From positions 1 through 64,000 of the forward strand of contig JBBIRR010000019.1 of the NCBI GenBank assembly GCA_037441705.1: a DNA stretch of 64,000 nucleotides. The letters are read 5' to 3'. Below the pieces are notes generated by a model that did no database searches, was not told where the DNA came from, and saw nothing but the letters and a program-made list of their open reading frames with translations. The DNA is from Ignavibacteriales bacterium (GTDB lineage Bacteria; Bacteroidota; Ignavibacteria; UBA10030; UBA6906). Each line of letters begins with the position of its first letter. Within the stretch, counting starts at the first letter, position 1. This document shows positions 27,939-38,700 of the stretch, piece after piece. The position numbers and the translations under genes were made by a program.

Positions 27939-30900
27939 TTAGTCGAAATCAAATCCGAACAACATCCCGAAATAGAAGCGCCACTCCTTGCCATACTTCA
28001 CGGGCGTGCCGCGCACATCACGCTCGAAGGCGTTGAACCCGTAGGATGCGTTGAAGAAGATCCGCGTCGGGTAGGCATACCACGAGAACGTTTCGAGTCG
28101 AAGCTCGATGCCGGCATCGCTCTTGAAGTCCTTCAGCTTCGGTTTCACACTGCTCCATGCATTTCCGATGTCGGCGTAGATCGAGGCGTAGAACTTATCA
28201 AAGTAGAACTGCAGGAACCGCACATCAATGTTACCGACGAGGGGGAAGCGGTACTCGAGTCCCGCCACGGCAATCTCGTTGCCGCTGATGGCATAGAACG
28301 GATAGCCCTTCATTCCTACCAGACCGCCGGCATAAAAATCGAAGAAGCTATCCACGGTCCGTTCGAGAATCGACCCACCGCGAAGTTTGAGTGTGAGTGT
28401 ATGATTTTTGAAAAAGAATGGCAGATGTTCACGCCAGTTCAGTTCCACGCGCGTGAAGTTCACCTTCTTGTACACGGGCACGAGTCCGGTCGGGCCAATG
28501 GTGTACTCCCCATCGCCATTGAACTTGTTGAGCGAACGAATGACGACAAGCTGCACCTTCCTGCCGACGGGATTGATCTCCGAGGTGTTGGATCGAGCAA
28601 TCTGTTCGAGTGTGTATTTCAATGTCAGATCGTTGGCAATCAAGTAGAGGTCGCCCGACGCGGGGATGAGGTCGCCGGTTTCCGGATTCCTGAACGTTTC
28701 GATCGTGGAGGAGTAGCGGCTGTGTGCGTAGCGGAACTCGAATCGTCCAACGTGCGATGGCTGTGCGAGGGCGATATCGAACTCCGTCAGGTTGTACGTG
28801 ATGTCCACCGGAATGGAGGACGCGGGCAACTCGATCACATTGTTGGTCTTGCGCGTGACGTTGAACATTTCTAACGTCGCCACCGGCTCCAGGCCGAGCT
28901 GGTAGAAAAGCGGCAGCCGCCCGCGATAGTCGAATTGGACGAACAGGTCACGCTCCAACTTCGCATTGAACGCCGCGCCGCCGAACATGCTCAGCTTGTC
29001 CAGGACGTCGTTCGAAAAGAGGTACAGACCGGCCTTGAATGACTCCAGCGCTTTGTTCTTCGTGTTATAGTTATCGAAGCGGATGAACGGAACGAACGAA
29101 ACGCTCGTGAAGACGTTCCTGTACGGACGCGCTTCGTTGTTGGGAAGGATCGTGTCATCGTACGATCGCAGTGCCGCCCAATCGAAGGTGTCGGTTGGAT
29201 CGTCGGGAAACTTTTCGTACACCGGACGCGGCAGGGGGTTGTTGCTCATCAGCGGCAAGTAGCCGATGTTTTCACCTGCGAGTGGCGCAGGACGTTCCAG
29301 GCTGTAGAGCTTGTAGCCTTCGGATGTGTAGTTGGCATAGACGACGGTCCCCGCAGCATTGATCGTGGGCATAAACGCCCCGCCCAGCACGTTGGTGATT
29401 TGCTCGACGCGTCGGGTAGAAAGATCGAGCAAGTACAGATTGAAGATCCCGGTCCGGTCGTCGGCAAACAGGATGCGCGAACCATCCGGCGTGAAGACGG
29501 CGTTGCGCGAATCATGATCGCCCGTTACCAAAAACTCCATGTCGCTGCCATCGTCCCGAATCCAGCCTATATCTCTGCCGTCGCGCACCGAATAATCGAA
29601 CACGATGCGATCACCCGTCGGGCTCCACTTCGGGCCATACACCTGTTCGCCGTTCTTGAACGTGGTAAGGAAACGCATGTCCGAAGTGTCGGCGTTCATC
29701 ACGGCAAGGTTCGATGTGCCGTCGGTGCCGACCACGAAGACGATCTTCTTGCCGTCCGGAGACACATGCGGGCTTACGGCACGCCTGCCATAGGTCAGGC
29801 GCGTTTCTTTCTCGGCTTCGAGATCGTAGACGTACAGATCGGACTGGCTGGAAAAGTTCGGGTTGCGTGTGGTGATGCGCGCGTAGTACAGCTTCTTCCC
29901 GTCGGGCGACCAGCTCACTTCTTTCCCGACACCGGCGACGAGAAGCTGGAACTTTCCGCCAAGCTCGCCGACCACGAGTTGCGATTGACCGAGGTACGGC
30001 GCCCCCATCGTGCTTACAAAGGCAATCTTTTTTCCATCCGGAGAAAATGCGGGGTAGAGATTGGCGAATCCCGTTTCCACGAACAGCCCGCAGCGATCTC
30101 GATGCGCTTCATCGCGCAGGCCGCGTGTAAGCGTAAACATCGGCGTTCCCTGCATTCGATCCTTCAGCTTTTCAAACTCCTTTTTATCATCAACAAAAAG
30201 AATCGGATGACCTTCTCGCATGTTCGAACGGATCGGAGCAACGCGTCGTTCGTATTCTTCTTGAACTTCTTGACGCCACTCGTTGTACACCGCTTCGCCG
30301 CTCTTGCCGAGCGCGCGCTCGATCGCTCCATCAATCGTCGTTGCTGTGAGCGACGCGAGGGCGCGCGAGATTTCATTCAGCTTGCCGATGCCGTACTTCT
30401 GTGCAATGTAATGCACAAAGGCAAAGCCTGCATTGTAGGACGACTCGTTGCCGAGGCTCGTCTTGCCGAAAACCCCCATCTGGTTCCACGTCAGCATGCT
30501 ATCGTTGAGGGCGTAGGCACGAAGGATCATATCGCGGTGCGAGTCCCAGAAGTCGTAGCGCAGCTGCGGCCGATTGTACTGCGCAACGCCTTCGGCAAAC
30601 CACGCGGGGACGAGGAAGCCGGAGATGGGATACGATGCGATGACGTTCGGGTACCCATACAACACATCGGGCCGCCGTTCGGATTCGTAGCCGAGCCACT
30701 GAAGGTACACGGCCGGCATCCGGCGACCGAACTTCATTGCCGTCTGAATCTGGACGATGTGCGTGAACTCGTGCGTGATGACGTTGCGCAGCCAGTTGTG
30801 CGTCCCACGGAAATCGAAGTCCATGCTCGGCGCCCAAATTTCCACCTTGTTGTCGTAGAAGTATGCCGCGCCGTTCGAATAATCGTCGTAATCCTTGATG

Positions 30901-31142
30901 ATGAAGCTGACCTTCTGGTCGGGCTGATGATTGTACAGTGAGGTGATAGGCCCGTAGATGTCCTCGGCGATCTTCGCGACAACTCTCCCGGTACGTTCCG
31001 CCCCCTGATGATAGTGGACAAGAAAATGTTCCGTCTCTATCGTTTTCCATTCCAGCTCGGGGTGGTAAACTTCCTGTGAGATCGAAACATGGAAAAGGAA
31101 AACGGAAAAAAGAAGGTGATATCTACTCTTTACAAAACCCAT
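27939..31142 (-). CDS. Omp85-family outer-membrane protein with N-terminal gluzincin peptidase and PD40/TolB beta-propeller
   Basis: Signal ...SIS|Q; HEFTH...WFAEGVAQY; repeated SPDGKK/WSPTG; barrel motifs GGLVGMKGY, LEYRFPL, C-terminal FYFGMLFGFDFD. Confidence 0.8.
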   Translation of the reverse strand: MGFVKSRYHLLFSVFLFHVSISQEVYHPELEWKTIETEHFLVHYHQGAERTGRVVAKIAEDIYGPITSLYNHQPDQKVSFIIKDYDDYSNGAAYFYDNKVEIWAPSMDFDFRGTHNWLRNVITHEFTHIVQIQTAMKFGRRMPAVYLQWLGYESERRPDVLYGYPNVIASYPISGFLVPAWFAEGVAQYNRPQLRYDFWDSHRDMILRAYALNDSMLTWNQMGVFGKTSLGNESSYNAGFAFVHYIAQKYGIGKLNEISRALASLTATTIDGAIERALGKSGEAVYNEWRQEVQEEYERRVAPIRSNMREGHPILFVDDKKEFEKLKDRMQGTPMFTLTRGLRDEAHRDRCGLFVETGFANLYPAFSPDGKKIAFVSTMGAPYLGQSQLVVGELGGKFQLLVAGVGKEVSWSPDGKKLYYARITTRNPNFSSQSDLYVYDLEAEKETRLTYGRRAVSPHVSPDGKKIVFVVGTDGTSNLAVMNADTSDMRFLTTFKNGEQVYGPKWSPTGDRIVFDYSVRDGRDIGWIRDDGSDMEFLVTGDHDSRNAVFTPDGSRILFADDRTGIFNLYLLDLSTRRVEQITNVLGGAFMPTINAAGTVVYANYTSEGYKLYSLERPAPLAGENIGYLPLMSNNPLPRPVYEKFPDDPTDTFDWAALRSYDDTILPNNEARPYRNVFTSVSFVPFIRFDNYNTKNKALESFKAGLYLFSNDVLDKLSMFGGAAFNAKLERDLFVQFDYRGRLPLFYQLGLEPVATLEMFNVTRKTNNVIELPASSIPVDITYNLTEFDIALAQPSHVGRFEFRYAHSRYSSTIETFRNPETGDLIPASGDLYLIANDLTLKYTLEQIARSNTSEINPVGRKVQLVVIRSLNKFNGDGEYTIGPTGLVPVYKKVNFTRVELNWREHLPFFFKNHTLTLKLRGGSILERTVDSFFDFYAGGLVGMKGYPFYAISGNEIAVAGLEYRFPLVGNIDVRFLQFYFDKFYASIYADIGNAWSSVKPKLKDFKSDAGIELRLETFSWYAYPTRIFFNASYGFNAFERDVRGTPVKYGKEWRFYFGMLFGFDFD

Positions 31143-31147
31143 TTCGC

Positions 31148-31289
31148 TCAAAGCTCTTTATCGGTAGTATACTCCGGTTCATCATCGGAGTACGGTGATG
31201 AGCAAGTTGGTGTTTGGCTTCAGATCGAACTGCTCGTCGAGTAAGATCTGTTTGCCGTCATAGTGACCGTGCAACGTTATGTTTGCCAT
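31148..31289 (-). pseudogene. Internally deleted/frameshifted antitoxin-like remnant
   Basis: GGAG RBS, then MANITLHGHYDGKQILLDEQFDLKPNTNLLITVLR*; a second frame continues DDEPEYTTDKEL*. Resembles the two ends of a small MazF/PemK-associated protein with the middle missing. Confidence 0.5.
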
Positions 31290-31314
31290 TTGCCATTCTC
31301 CGCGCCGTGTTTGT

Positions 31315-34300
31315 TTACTTCACTACCGCCACCTTTACGATCGCCACTTCGCTTTTGCCTCCGCTGCTTGCCTCAATACGTGCGAGGTACACACCGCTCT
31401 GGACATCTGCAACGTTCCACTCCACCTCATTATCAACGCCGCCGACGCCGGGGCCGTTCATCTCCGTAACCACATCACCCGCCAGATCAAATATCTTGAT
31501 TTTTACGGTCGCATTCTCGCTCACGAAGTACCGGATGAACGTTCTGCCGCCGTAGGCCGGGTTGGGCCAGTTGTAGGCGCGCTCTTTAGGAAAGAACGTC
31601 GTGCCGAGCGGAGTGCCGGTCAGTTCGTCGATCGTCAATCCGGTGTGGCGTGCATCCGACTGAAACTGCTGCCACTCGGAACCGTGCAGCAAGTGGGCTG
31701 CCGGGCCTGTCCTGCCCGTCCACCACGCGCTGAGCGAAGCATCTTCGGATGAGGCAATCACAAGGCCAAGCTGATCGAACTGCGACCCTTCCACCGGGGT
31801 GGCGAATGCCGCGACAGACTGCCCACCTCGACCGGCCTGCAACGGAAAACCGGGTGCCATGGCTCCGCTGCGGTTATACGCAACGACGACTCCGCTGCGC
31901 GTTACGCCCACAATCTCCACGTTGCCATCGCCGTCAACGTCGGCCACGATGGGATGCGATGCGAGTTCTTCATTGTCCGGCAAGGATTTGGGAAAATTGT
32001 CGAGCATTGCACCGGCGTAGTTCATCACGAACATGTTTCGCGTTCCGAACACAACGATGTCCCGGTTGCCATCGCCGTCAACATCGGCAAGTGCAGGAGG
32101 AGAGATGACTGCCTCACGGAGATCAACGGGGAAACCCGGCAAAGGCGTAAAGCCGAGATCGTGCACTTGCACGCGCCCCGCGGCTGAGACTCTTGCCACC
32201 ACCAGCGGATATCGTGCATTGATGCGTCCGACAACCGGCGTTCCGACAGCAGGCGTCGAGGATGGTGAACTCGGTTGTGAAGGTGAAGAAATCGACGCCA
32301 GGTTGGTTCCCACTCGTCCTGCCGCTGTCGTAAAGACGAGGCCTGTGGAAGAATTCACCGCGGCAAGGCCTGCAACATCCGATGTATCGTCGGTGATGAA
32401 GATGCTGTCAAGTCGAAATCCGTTGATGAAGAGCATGTAGAGTGTTGCTCGCGAAGCGCCGAAGGCGATGATGGAATCGGTTATGAGGGGAGATGTTGTG
32501 GGACGGCGCGTCAGCGGCACGGCAAGAAGCTCTTGAGCCAGACTGTCCAACGGCCGCGGGAATGGCCGATAGATATGCAGCACGCCGCCCGTGGAGTTCT
32601 CCTCTGCTATCACCAGTTCGTTGGATCCATCCCTGTCAATGTCCGCAACTGCCGGCGCACCCACGAACGGTCCACCGGGCACCGGAGCCGGACCTCCAGC
32701 GCGCGCAAAAAGTCCGTTACCAAACAGCGGCCTCCCATCAACTCTCCATGCGTACAACTCACCACTCAGACCGACGGTCTGAATCGGTTCACGAGTGGGA
32801 CGCACGGCCGTGGCTTTGGTTGTGGCGACAAAAATTGCCAGCGAGTCCTGAGGTCGAATCGGAGCCACCGTTACCGATGGATGCGCCCACTGCAGAGCTG
32901 CTTGTTTGGGAAAGCCGGCAAGCGGCTTGACGGTTTCGCCCACGAGGACGCGAGCCGTCATCGTTGGCCCGCGCGGACTAAAATCCCTGATCGTGATATG
33001 ACTTTTCGCCCCACTGTTGCTCAGGCTGCTAGGGTAGCTCGTCGCCGAAAACTCATTGCGAAAGACCGGCGACGCATTCCCTTGATACCAGAAATCGAGT
33101 GCCGTGCCTTCCTCGCTGCCGCTGCCCGGATCGAACTGGCCATAGCGCTGACCGATATCCTGCGAGCCGTCGGCCTCTTCGAGGTCAACGCCGCGGCGAT
33201 TGGGATTCGCATTCACGCCGTTGGTGCGCAATCCCTGCGCAATCACATTCTCGTCAATGTGCCAGATGAGGATGCCGCCATCAAAGAACTCGCCGGAGGG
33301 GCCGACGCCGCCCGGCAGACTGAAATCGAACTCATCAACATCAATCACGTTGCCCCGAAGGGCCGACACATCGAACGCGTTGAAGCCCGTCGTATCGCGT
33401 GCGAATGATTGCTGGCGCAGAACGCCGCCGTAGCGGGTCGTCACACGCGTTCCGTCCCTGTGCGCATCGCGATTCCGATTCTCCATCAGATAATACTCTG
33501 ATCCGCTGATGGGAAGACGATAGACCGTATCCGCGCGTGTAACGGCGGGAAGCTCGACAACGTGTTCACCCGCGCCGAGCACCATCGGCTCGATCCATCC
33601 AAGCCAGTACTTTTCCCAGGCCGACGGTGCCGGCGGGAAAGCGCCTGCGAAGCTGAAAATCGCCTGACCGTCCATCAGCCCGAATCTGCCGATGCCCGAA
33701 CGCCCGGTGTTGGTATCGAACAGGTCGGGCAGGCCGAGAAAGTTGCCGACCGATGCGCAGAGCAAGCCGTTGATGCCGAGACGCAGCAAAACATTCTGCG
33801 GCGTTGCGGGAATCTCCCGCGTTTCCGTCTCGGGCATGATGATGGTGTTGGTGATTTTGAATCCGTTCCGTACCGGAATGCCTTCGAAGGTCGCGCCGTA
33901 GAATTCCTTGAACGCATTCAGCCCGAGATAGAGAGAGGGGATGTCGCGCGGCGTCGGATCGTAGCCGACGATACTGACCAGATCAACATCTCTACCAGCA
34001 CCGGCATGAAACACGATGAAGCAGTTGTACTGCGAGAAGTCCTGCACCAGGCCCGACGCATCCACAAGCTGCCAGGTGTCGCGAGCAAGGTCGCCGACCG
34101 CCGTGTTCGGTCCGGTTTTGGGCGGACTGTAGCGCGCCATCGCATTCTGAAGTGTGAACACCGAATCAACCAACGTCGCACGAATCAGCACGTTCCCCTT
34201 CGAGACATTGCTGTAGTAGTTCGCCAGAAACGTAAGATGATCCTGGAAGTATTGGCGGTTGTGCGGCGGCGCGTCGAGGCCCGGTTCAGCGGGAGTCGAA

Positions 34301-34515
34301 AGATCGAACTGTCCGTTGCCGCTGGTCCCGATGTCGTTATCAATCTGGAACTGAACCATGACGGCAAGAATGTTCACCGTGTCCACGCCCAACGAGGACA
34401 TGCGTGGGCTGGAAAAGGCATCATCCCGCGAGACCATCAGCGGATGACTTAATCGCTGGGCAATAACGGAAGTGGTGAAGAGAAGGGTAAGAAGAAGGTA
34501 TTTCGTCAGAGTCAT
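31315..34515 (-). CDS. T9SS cargo: M6 (immune inhibitor A)-like domain with degenerate Zn site, FG-GAP repeats and T9SS C-terminal domain
   Basis: Signal ...VIA|Q; VFHAG, LCASVGNFLGLPDL (in place of HExxHxxGxxD), FGLMD, EYYLMENR; ADVDGDG repeats; CTD YNWPNP...KIFDLAG...SGVYLARI...KVAVVK. Confidence 0.8.
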   Translation of the reverse strand: MTLTKYLLLTLLFTTSVIAQRLSHPLMVSRDDAFSSPRMSSLGVDTVNILAVMVQFQIDNDIGTSGNGQFDLSTPAEPGLDAPPHNRQYFQDHLTFLANYYSNVSKGNVLIRATLVDSVFTLQNAMARYSPPKTGPNTAVGDLARDTWQLVDASGLVQDFSQYNCFIVFHAGAGRDVDLVSIVGYDPTPRDIPSLYLGLNAFKEFYGATFEGIPVRNGFKITNTIIMPETETREIPATPQNVLLRLGINGLLCASVGNFLGLPDLFDTNTGRSGIGRFGLMDGQAIFSFAGAFPPAPSAWEKYWLGWIEPMVLGAGEHVVELPAVTRADTVYRLPISGSEYYLMENRNRDAHRDGTRVTTRYGGVLRQQSFARDTTGFNAFDVSALRGNVIDVDEFDFSLPGGVGPSGEFFDGGILIWHIDENVIAQGLRTNGVNANPNRRGVDLEEADGSQDIGQRYGQFDPGSGSEEGTALDFWYQGNASPVFRNEFSATSYPSSLSNSGAKSHITIRDFSPRGPTMTARVLVGETVKPLAGFPKQAALQWAHPSVTVAPIRPQDSLAIFVATTKATAVRPTREPIQTVGLSGELYAWRVDGRPLFGNGLFARAGGPAPVPGGPFVGAPAVADIDRDGSNELVIAEENSTGGVLHIYRPFPRPLDSLAQELLAVPLTRRPTTSPLITDSIIAFGASRATLYMLFINGFRLDSIFITDDTSDVAGLAAVNSSTGLVFTTAAGRVGTNLASISSPSQPSSPSSTPAVGTPVVGRINARYPLVVARVSAAGRVQVHDLGFTPLPGFPVDLREAVISPPALADVDGDGNRDIVVFGTRNMFVMNYAGAMLDNFPKSLPDNEELASHPIVADVDGDGNVEIVGVTRSGVVVAYNRSGAMAPGFPLQAGRGGQSVAAFATPVEGSQFDQLGLVIASSEDASLSAWWTGRTGPAAHLLHGSEWQQFQSDARHTGLTIDELTGTPLGTTFFPKERAYNWPNPAYGGRTFIRYFVSENATVKIKIFDLAGDVVTEMNGPGVGGVDNEVEWNVADVQSGVYLARIEASSGGKSEVAIVKVAVVK

Positions 34516-34554
34516 TGCGCTTTGGTATCAGCAAATAGAAGGAGGTTCTCGTCC

Positions 34555-34577
34555 GGGACTGTGGAGCCCACAGTCCC
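34555..34577. other. Stable hairpin between porV and the M6-like gene
   Basis: GGGACTGTGG-AGC-CCACAGTCCC is a perfect 10-bp stem without a U-tract; possibly an mRNA stability/processing element. Confidence 0.45.
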
Positions 34578-34591
34578 GCGACGAGCGAGCA

Positions 34592-35740
34592 TCATCCCGG
34601 GGTCGCACCGCCCCAGCCAATCAGCAACGAAAAGCGGATGGTGTCGGAAAGCGGATGCCCTTCGGCAGCAGAGATGTAGCTGAAGTCGAATCCAAAGATG
34701 TCGTAGCGCAGTCCCGCTCCGAACGTCCAGAAGTTTCTGTTGCCGAAGCTCGGGTCTTCGAAGAAGTGTCCGATACGCAGCGCAATCAATCGCGGCGAGC
34801 CGTACCAGTACTCCGCTCCCATGCTCACGTTGATCTTGCGGAGGCCGCTGCCGTCGCCCCACGCGGTGAAGAGGGATTTGGGAAGAGGATCGACCGACGC
34901 TTTTTGAATGACGCGCCGCTGGCCTCCCGTCGTATCAACAATTTCGGGGTAGCGCCGAACAAGCAGTCTGCTGAAGTCCACCGAATACTGCAGGCTGTTG
35001 TACTCGTCCTCGAACAGCTTGTAGCCAAAGCCAAGGCGCAGTTGCGTCGGTAGCGGATCGGCTTGCGACGCATCAATGTAGGTTACTTTGGGGCCGAGGT
35101 TGGAGAGATTGAATCCCATGCTGAACTTCTTGTCGAGCCAATCGATATCGAGGTCGAACGGGCGCCACATCATGGCGATGTCGAAGCTGACGGTATTGGC
35201 AACGCCTGCCCCTTGCTCCTGTGCCGTTCCCAGCGGCGAGAGCGAGCTGCGGATGAAGCGTCCGTTGATGCCGAGGCCGAGATCATCGAACACCTTCGTT
35301 GCGTAGCCGACGGTCACGGCAAATTCATACGCTTTGAACTTCCCCTCCTCGACACCGGAGGAGTTCGTTCGGATAAACTCTCCGAGGTTCAGGTAGGTGA
35401 TGCTCGCCCCGATGGTTCCTCCGATGCTGGGGATATCATTTCGGTAGTTCAGATATTCATAAAAGAGATCAGACAACCCGAATTGGGGAAGCCAGTTGGC
35501 ATGGGTGAGCGTGATTTCTTGCCCCGTGAGAAACGCCAGCGCCCCCGGATTCCAGAACAGCGCCGAGGCATCATCCACCGAGCCGGTGCCGGTTTCGCCG
35601 ATGCCCGCGGCGCGTGAGTTCGGTGCAATCAGCAAGAACGGCACAGCCGACTCGCCCTGCGCTTCTGCCACCGTCGGTGCCAACGCACCAACCAGGAGAG
35701 CAAGTGCACAGATGACCGTAGCAGTTGCGATTGGTTTCAT
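34592..35740 (-). CDS. porV: T9SS shuttle protein PorV
   Basis: AVPFLLIAPNSRAAGIGE, FWNPGAL, NLSNLGPK, LPTQLRLG, GAEYWY, HPLSDTIRFSL; AGGAGG RBS; directly downstream of porU. Confidence 0.9.
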   Translation of the reverse strand: MKPIATATVICALALLVGALAPTVAEAQGESAVPFLLIAPNSRAAGIGETGTGSVDDASALFWNPGALAFLTGQEITLTHANWLPQFGLSDLFYEYLNYRNDIPSIGGTIGASITYLNLGEFIRTNSSGVEEGKFKAYEFAVTVGYATKVFDDLGLGINGRFIRSSLSPLGTAQEQGAGVANTVSFDIAMMWRPFDLDIDWLDKKFSMGFNLSNLGPKVTYIDASQADPLPTQLRLGFGYKLFEDEYNSLQYSVDFSRLLVRRYPEIVDTTGGQRRVIQKASVDPLPKSLFTAWGDGSGLRKINVSMGAEYWYGSPRLIALRIGHFFEDPSFGNRNFWTFGAGLRYDIFGFDFSYISAAEGHPLSDTIRFSLLIGWGGATPG

Positions 35741-35798
35741 GAAAGTTCTCCTCCTGAAATGTTTCGTATCATGCATTCTCGTTTCCTCGACTCGTTTC

Positions 35799-38700
35799 TC
35801 AGCGTGCAATGGCAAGCTTCCCCAACACCTCGCTGGTGAATCTCCCATCCACGGTTCGGACAATAAGCTTGTATAAATATATACCATTTGCCAATTCATC
35901 ACCATCGCGGTCCCGGCCATCCCAGGGAATCTTCACAAAGGACTCGGCAACACCGAACGCCTCGATCGTCTGAATCAGCCGTCCGGCTACGGTATACACC
36001 TTCACAGTGGCATTCACCGGTACTGCCTGGTTATGCCGGAAGGTGAACGCCGTAGACCTCGTGAATGGATTGGGGTAGTTCATCACATCAACGACGGCCA
36101 GCTGGTCGCTGGAACGAACGTCGAAGTATGTCTCAGCGGTATTGGCATTATTGTACGTATCCCATGCGCGTACCCTGATGGTATTTCGTCCCGGCGGCAG
36201 ATCGCGCAGCGGGTAGGTCACCGTTCCGGCCTGGAAGTTATCAACCTTGCTTGTGTAGAATTCCGTCATGTCCTTGCTTTCGGGACTGTTGTTGATCCAC
36301 GCCTCAATTCTATGACCGATGCCTGCCGTCGAAGTGTTGATACCGCTCGAGTCGATGAGGTCAACAAACAGCGTAGGATTCTCATTCACAACGCTGCCCG
36401 GATGAAACGAGAGACTGCTTTCGTACGTGGGGCCAAGATAGATTCTGATCGCCGGCCCGACGCTATCGCCGGGCGCGCTCGGGTCGCTTCCGCCCACCCA
36501 GATTTTGTTCGTGTACCCGACACCGTTGTTGTTGTCGTTGTCCGTGTAGAATGCCACGAGGCGGCCTCGCGTGGATGAATCCGCGTAGGCGATGTCCTTC
36601 GGAACGATGAAGGTTGCCGTGAATCGGCCGTTGGCTACGGAGTTGAGTCCGCGGTAGATCAGTCCGCCGGGTGCGCGGTACGTAAAGGGTCCGTTGTAGA
36701 ACGTGGGGATCGTGATGGAGCGCGTCGCATCATTCACGATCAGCGTAAGCTGGCCGCGGGCATTCGGCTCGATAGCATTCGTCTCGGTCCTGACCGCTCC
36801 CGTAACGGTGATGCGCGCCAGCGAGCGAAGCTGGATGGGACTGATCCTCGGCTGCCCGTCAGCAGAGTCCACCGATTGAGCATTGATGGTATCAATCGAG
36901 ACGAATCCGCGCGGGTATTGAAGACGCATTGTCGGATCGCCTAACAGCAGGTACTTTTCGTCGTTATCGTTGTTGTTGGTTTGTTTGAACAGATAGATGG
37001 CGGTTGCGACGCGCTCGACTCTCACTCGTCCAAACGGATCGAGAGAAAACATGTTCGCGTAAATACCGCGATTGAGATAGTAGTTCTGATCGGCGAACAC
37101 TTTGCGCGAGGCCGAGACAACCCCGATCGCGCCGCCGTTCTGTTTGTTGATCAGCAGTTCGGCCCCTGTATAGCGCTTGGGGTCGTCGTACTGCGAGAAG
37201 TTACACGTCGCAGCGAAAAACATACTGAGCTTGTCACCGTTCGTCAGAAGAGGGATCGAAGTATTGACGTGGAAGACGTTCTCGTGCGTCCACACTGTGG
37301 GATTGCCGTGGCCCGTGAAGTTCACAATCAGAGCCCCGCGGTTGATTTCGTCAATGATGTCCTGATATGCGCCCGGCTTGCGCCGCCCTTGGGACGTTTG
37401 AACCGCGGGATACTCTTCCAGGTAGATTTTCCTCCTTTCAAAGATATCGGGCGTGAACTGCTCGGCAAGCGATTCTGCCTGCGCAGTGTGGAGCGACCCC
37501 TCTTCGCCTCGCGGGTTTTCGGGCGTCCACCCGTCATCGGCAACGACGACGATCCGGGTTCGCCATTGCCCGCGAGCCGAGCGCTCCTCGTAGCCGATGA
37601 TCTTGTCCACCACGAGATTCGCTTCACTCACCGTGCGGGCATTCAGCCGCGCCGAAATGAAGAACGGCGCCCGCGACGTCGTGATGCGCGTGAAGAAATC
37701 GTCCGTGCAGGAGCTGTACACATCGTTAAATGGGTAGTCGGTGGTTTGCCATGTGGGGACGAAGCTGCTTCGCGTACCGAGAAGGCCTTTGTAATCGTAC
37801 GAGGCTGCGCCTAAGAACAGCACGAACCGCGGCGGACTTTGCGGCGTCCAGTTGTAGTAGGCATACCTGAGGAAGTCGCGGATCGCGGAAACATCAGGCA
37901 CGCCGTGACTGAACTCGTTGTAAATCTGATCGACCGTAACGACAAGCGTGCGCAAGCCGCCGTAAGCCTGCTGTGCGCGGAAATCCTTCAGCCGGTTTGC
38001 CGCGCCTCGATATTCATCCGACGTGATAATAATGAAGTCGTATTGCTCGCCAATGCCGTGGAGGTTCTGGTTGGCAATGCTGACCGCCGCGAGAGGCTGC
38101 TTGTAAGCAGATGACGTCAGAGCAAAGTATTCCGACACCCGTCCGCCGATTTCCTCCGCCTTGAACACACCTCCGGACGCCGCGACGCGCATAACGTTCG
38201 CCGGATCCGTAACATTGAACACCGACGCCGCGCCCGAGAACGCTCCGAGCCGGTATTCCACTACGGCCGCCGTATCGGGCGAACGGAAGCGCAGTGCATC
38301 GTTCACAGGATCGAACGACCGCTGATAGAGAATCTCCACCCAATCGAGATAGCCGCTCGCGCCTGCTGCTGTCGTTCTGTACTCGAAGCGCAACTGACTT
38401 GTGCTGCCGGACAGAGGATACGCCCCGGTCACTTCAAAGGTCGCCCGCGTGGCGAGATCCCATCCGCCGATTGGAGGCAAGCCGTGCTCGCCAATCGTCG
38501 CCGTCCCTTCCCGCACGGTGAATGTTGCCGATGCCTGTGAGCTTGAGACCAGCGCGTAGCGATACACCCGCGGCTCACTCGCAATCACCCCGGGCAGGGA
38601 AAGCGTGCGAACATACGCCCCGTTCGGATCAATCTGCGGACCCACCCAGTCCTTACCCGACCGAACAATGTTGATCGTGTCCGGCTCAATAAATGATGCA

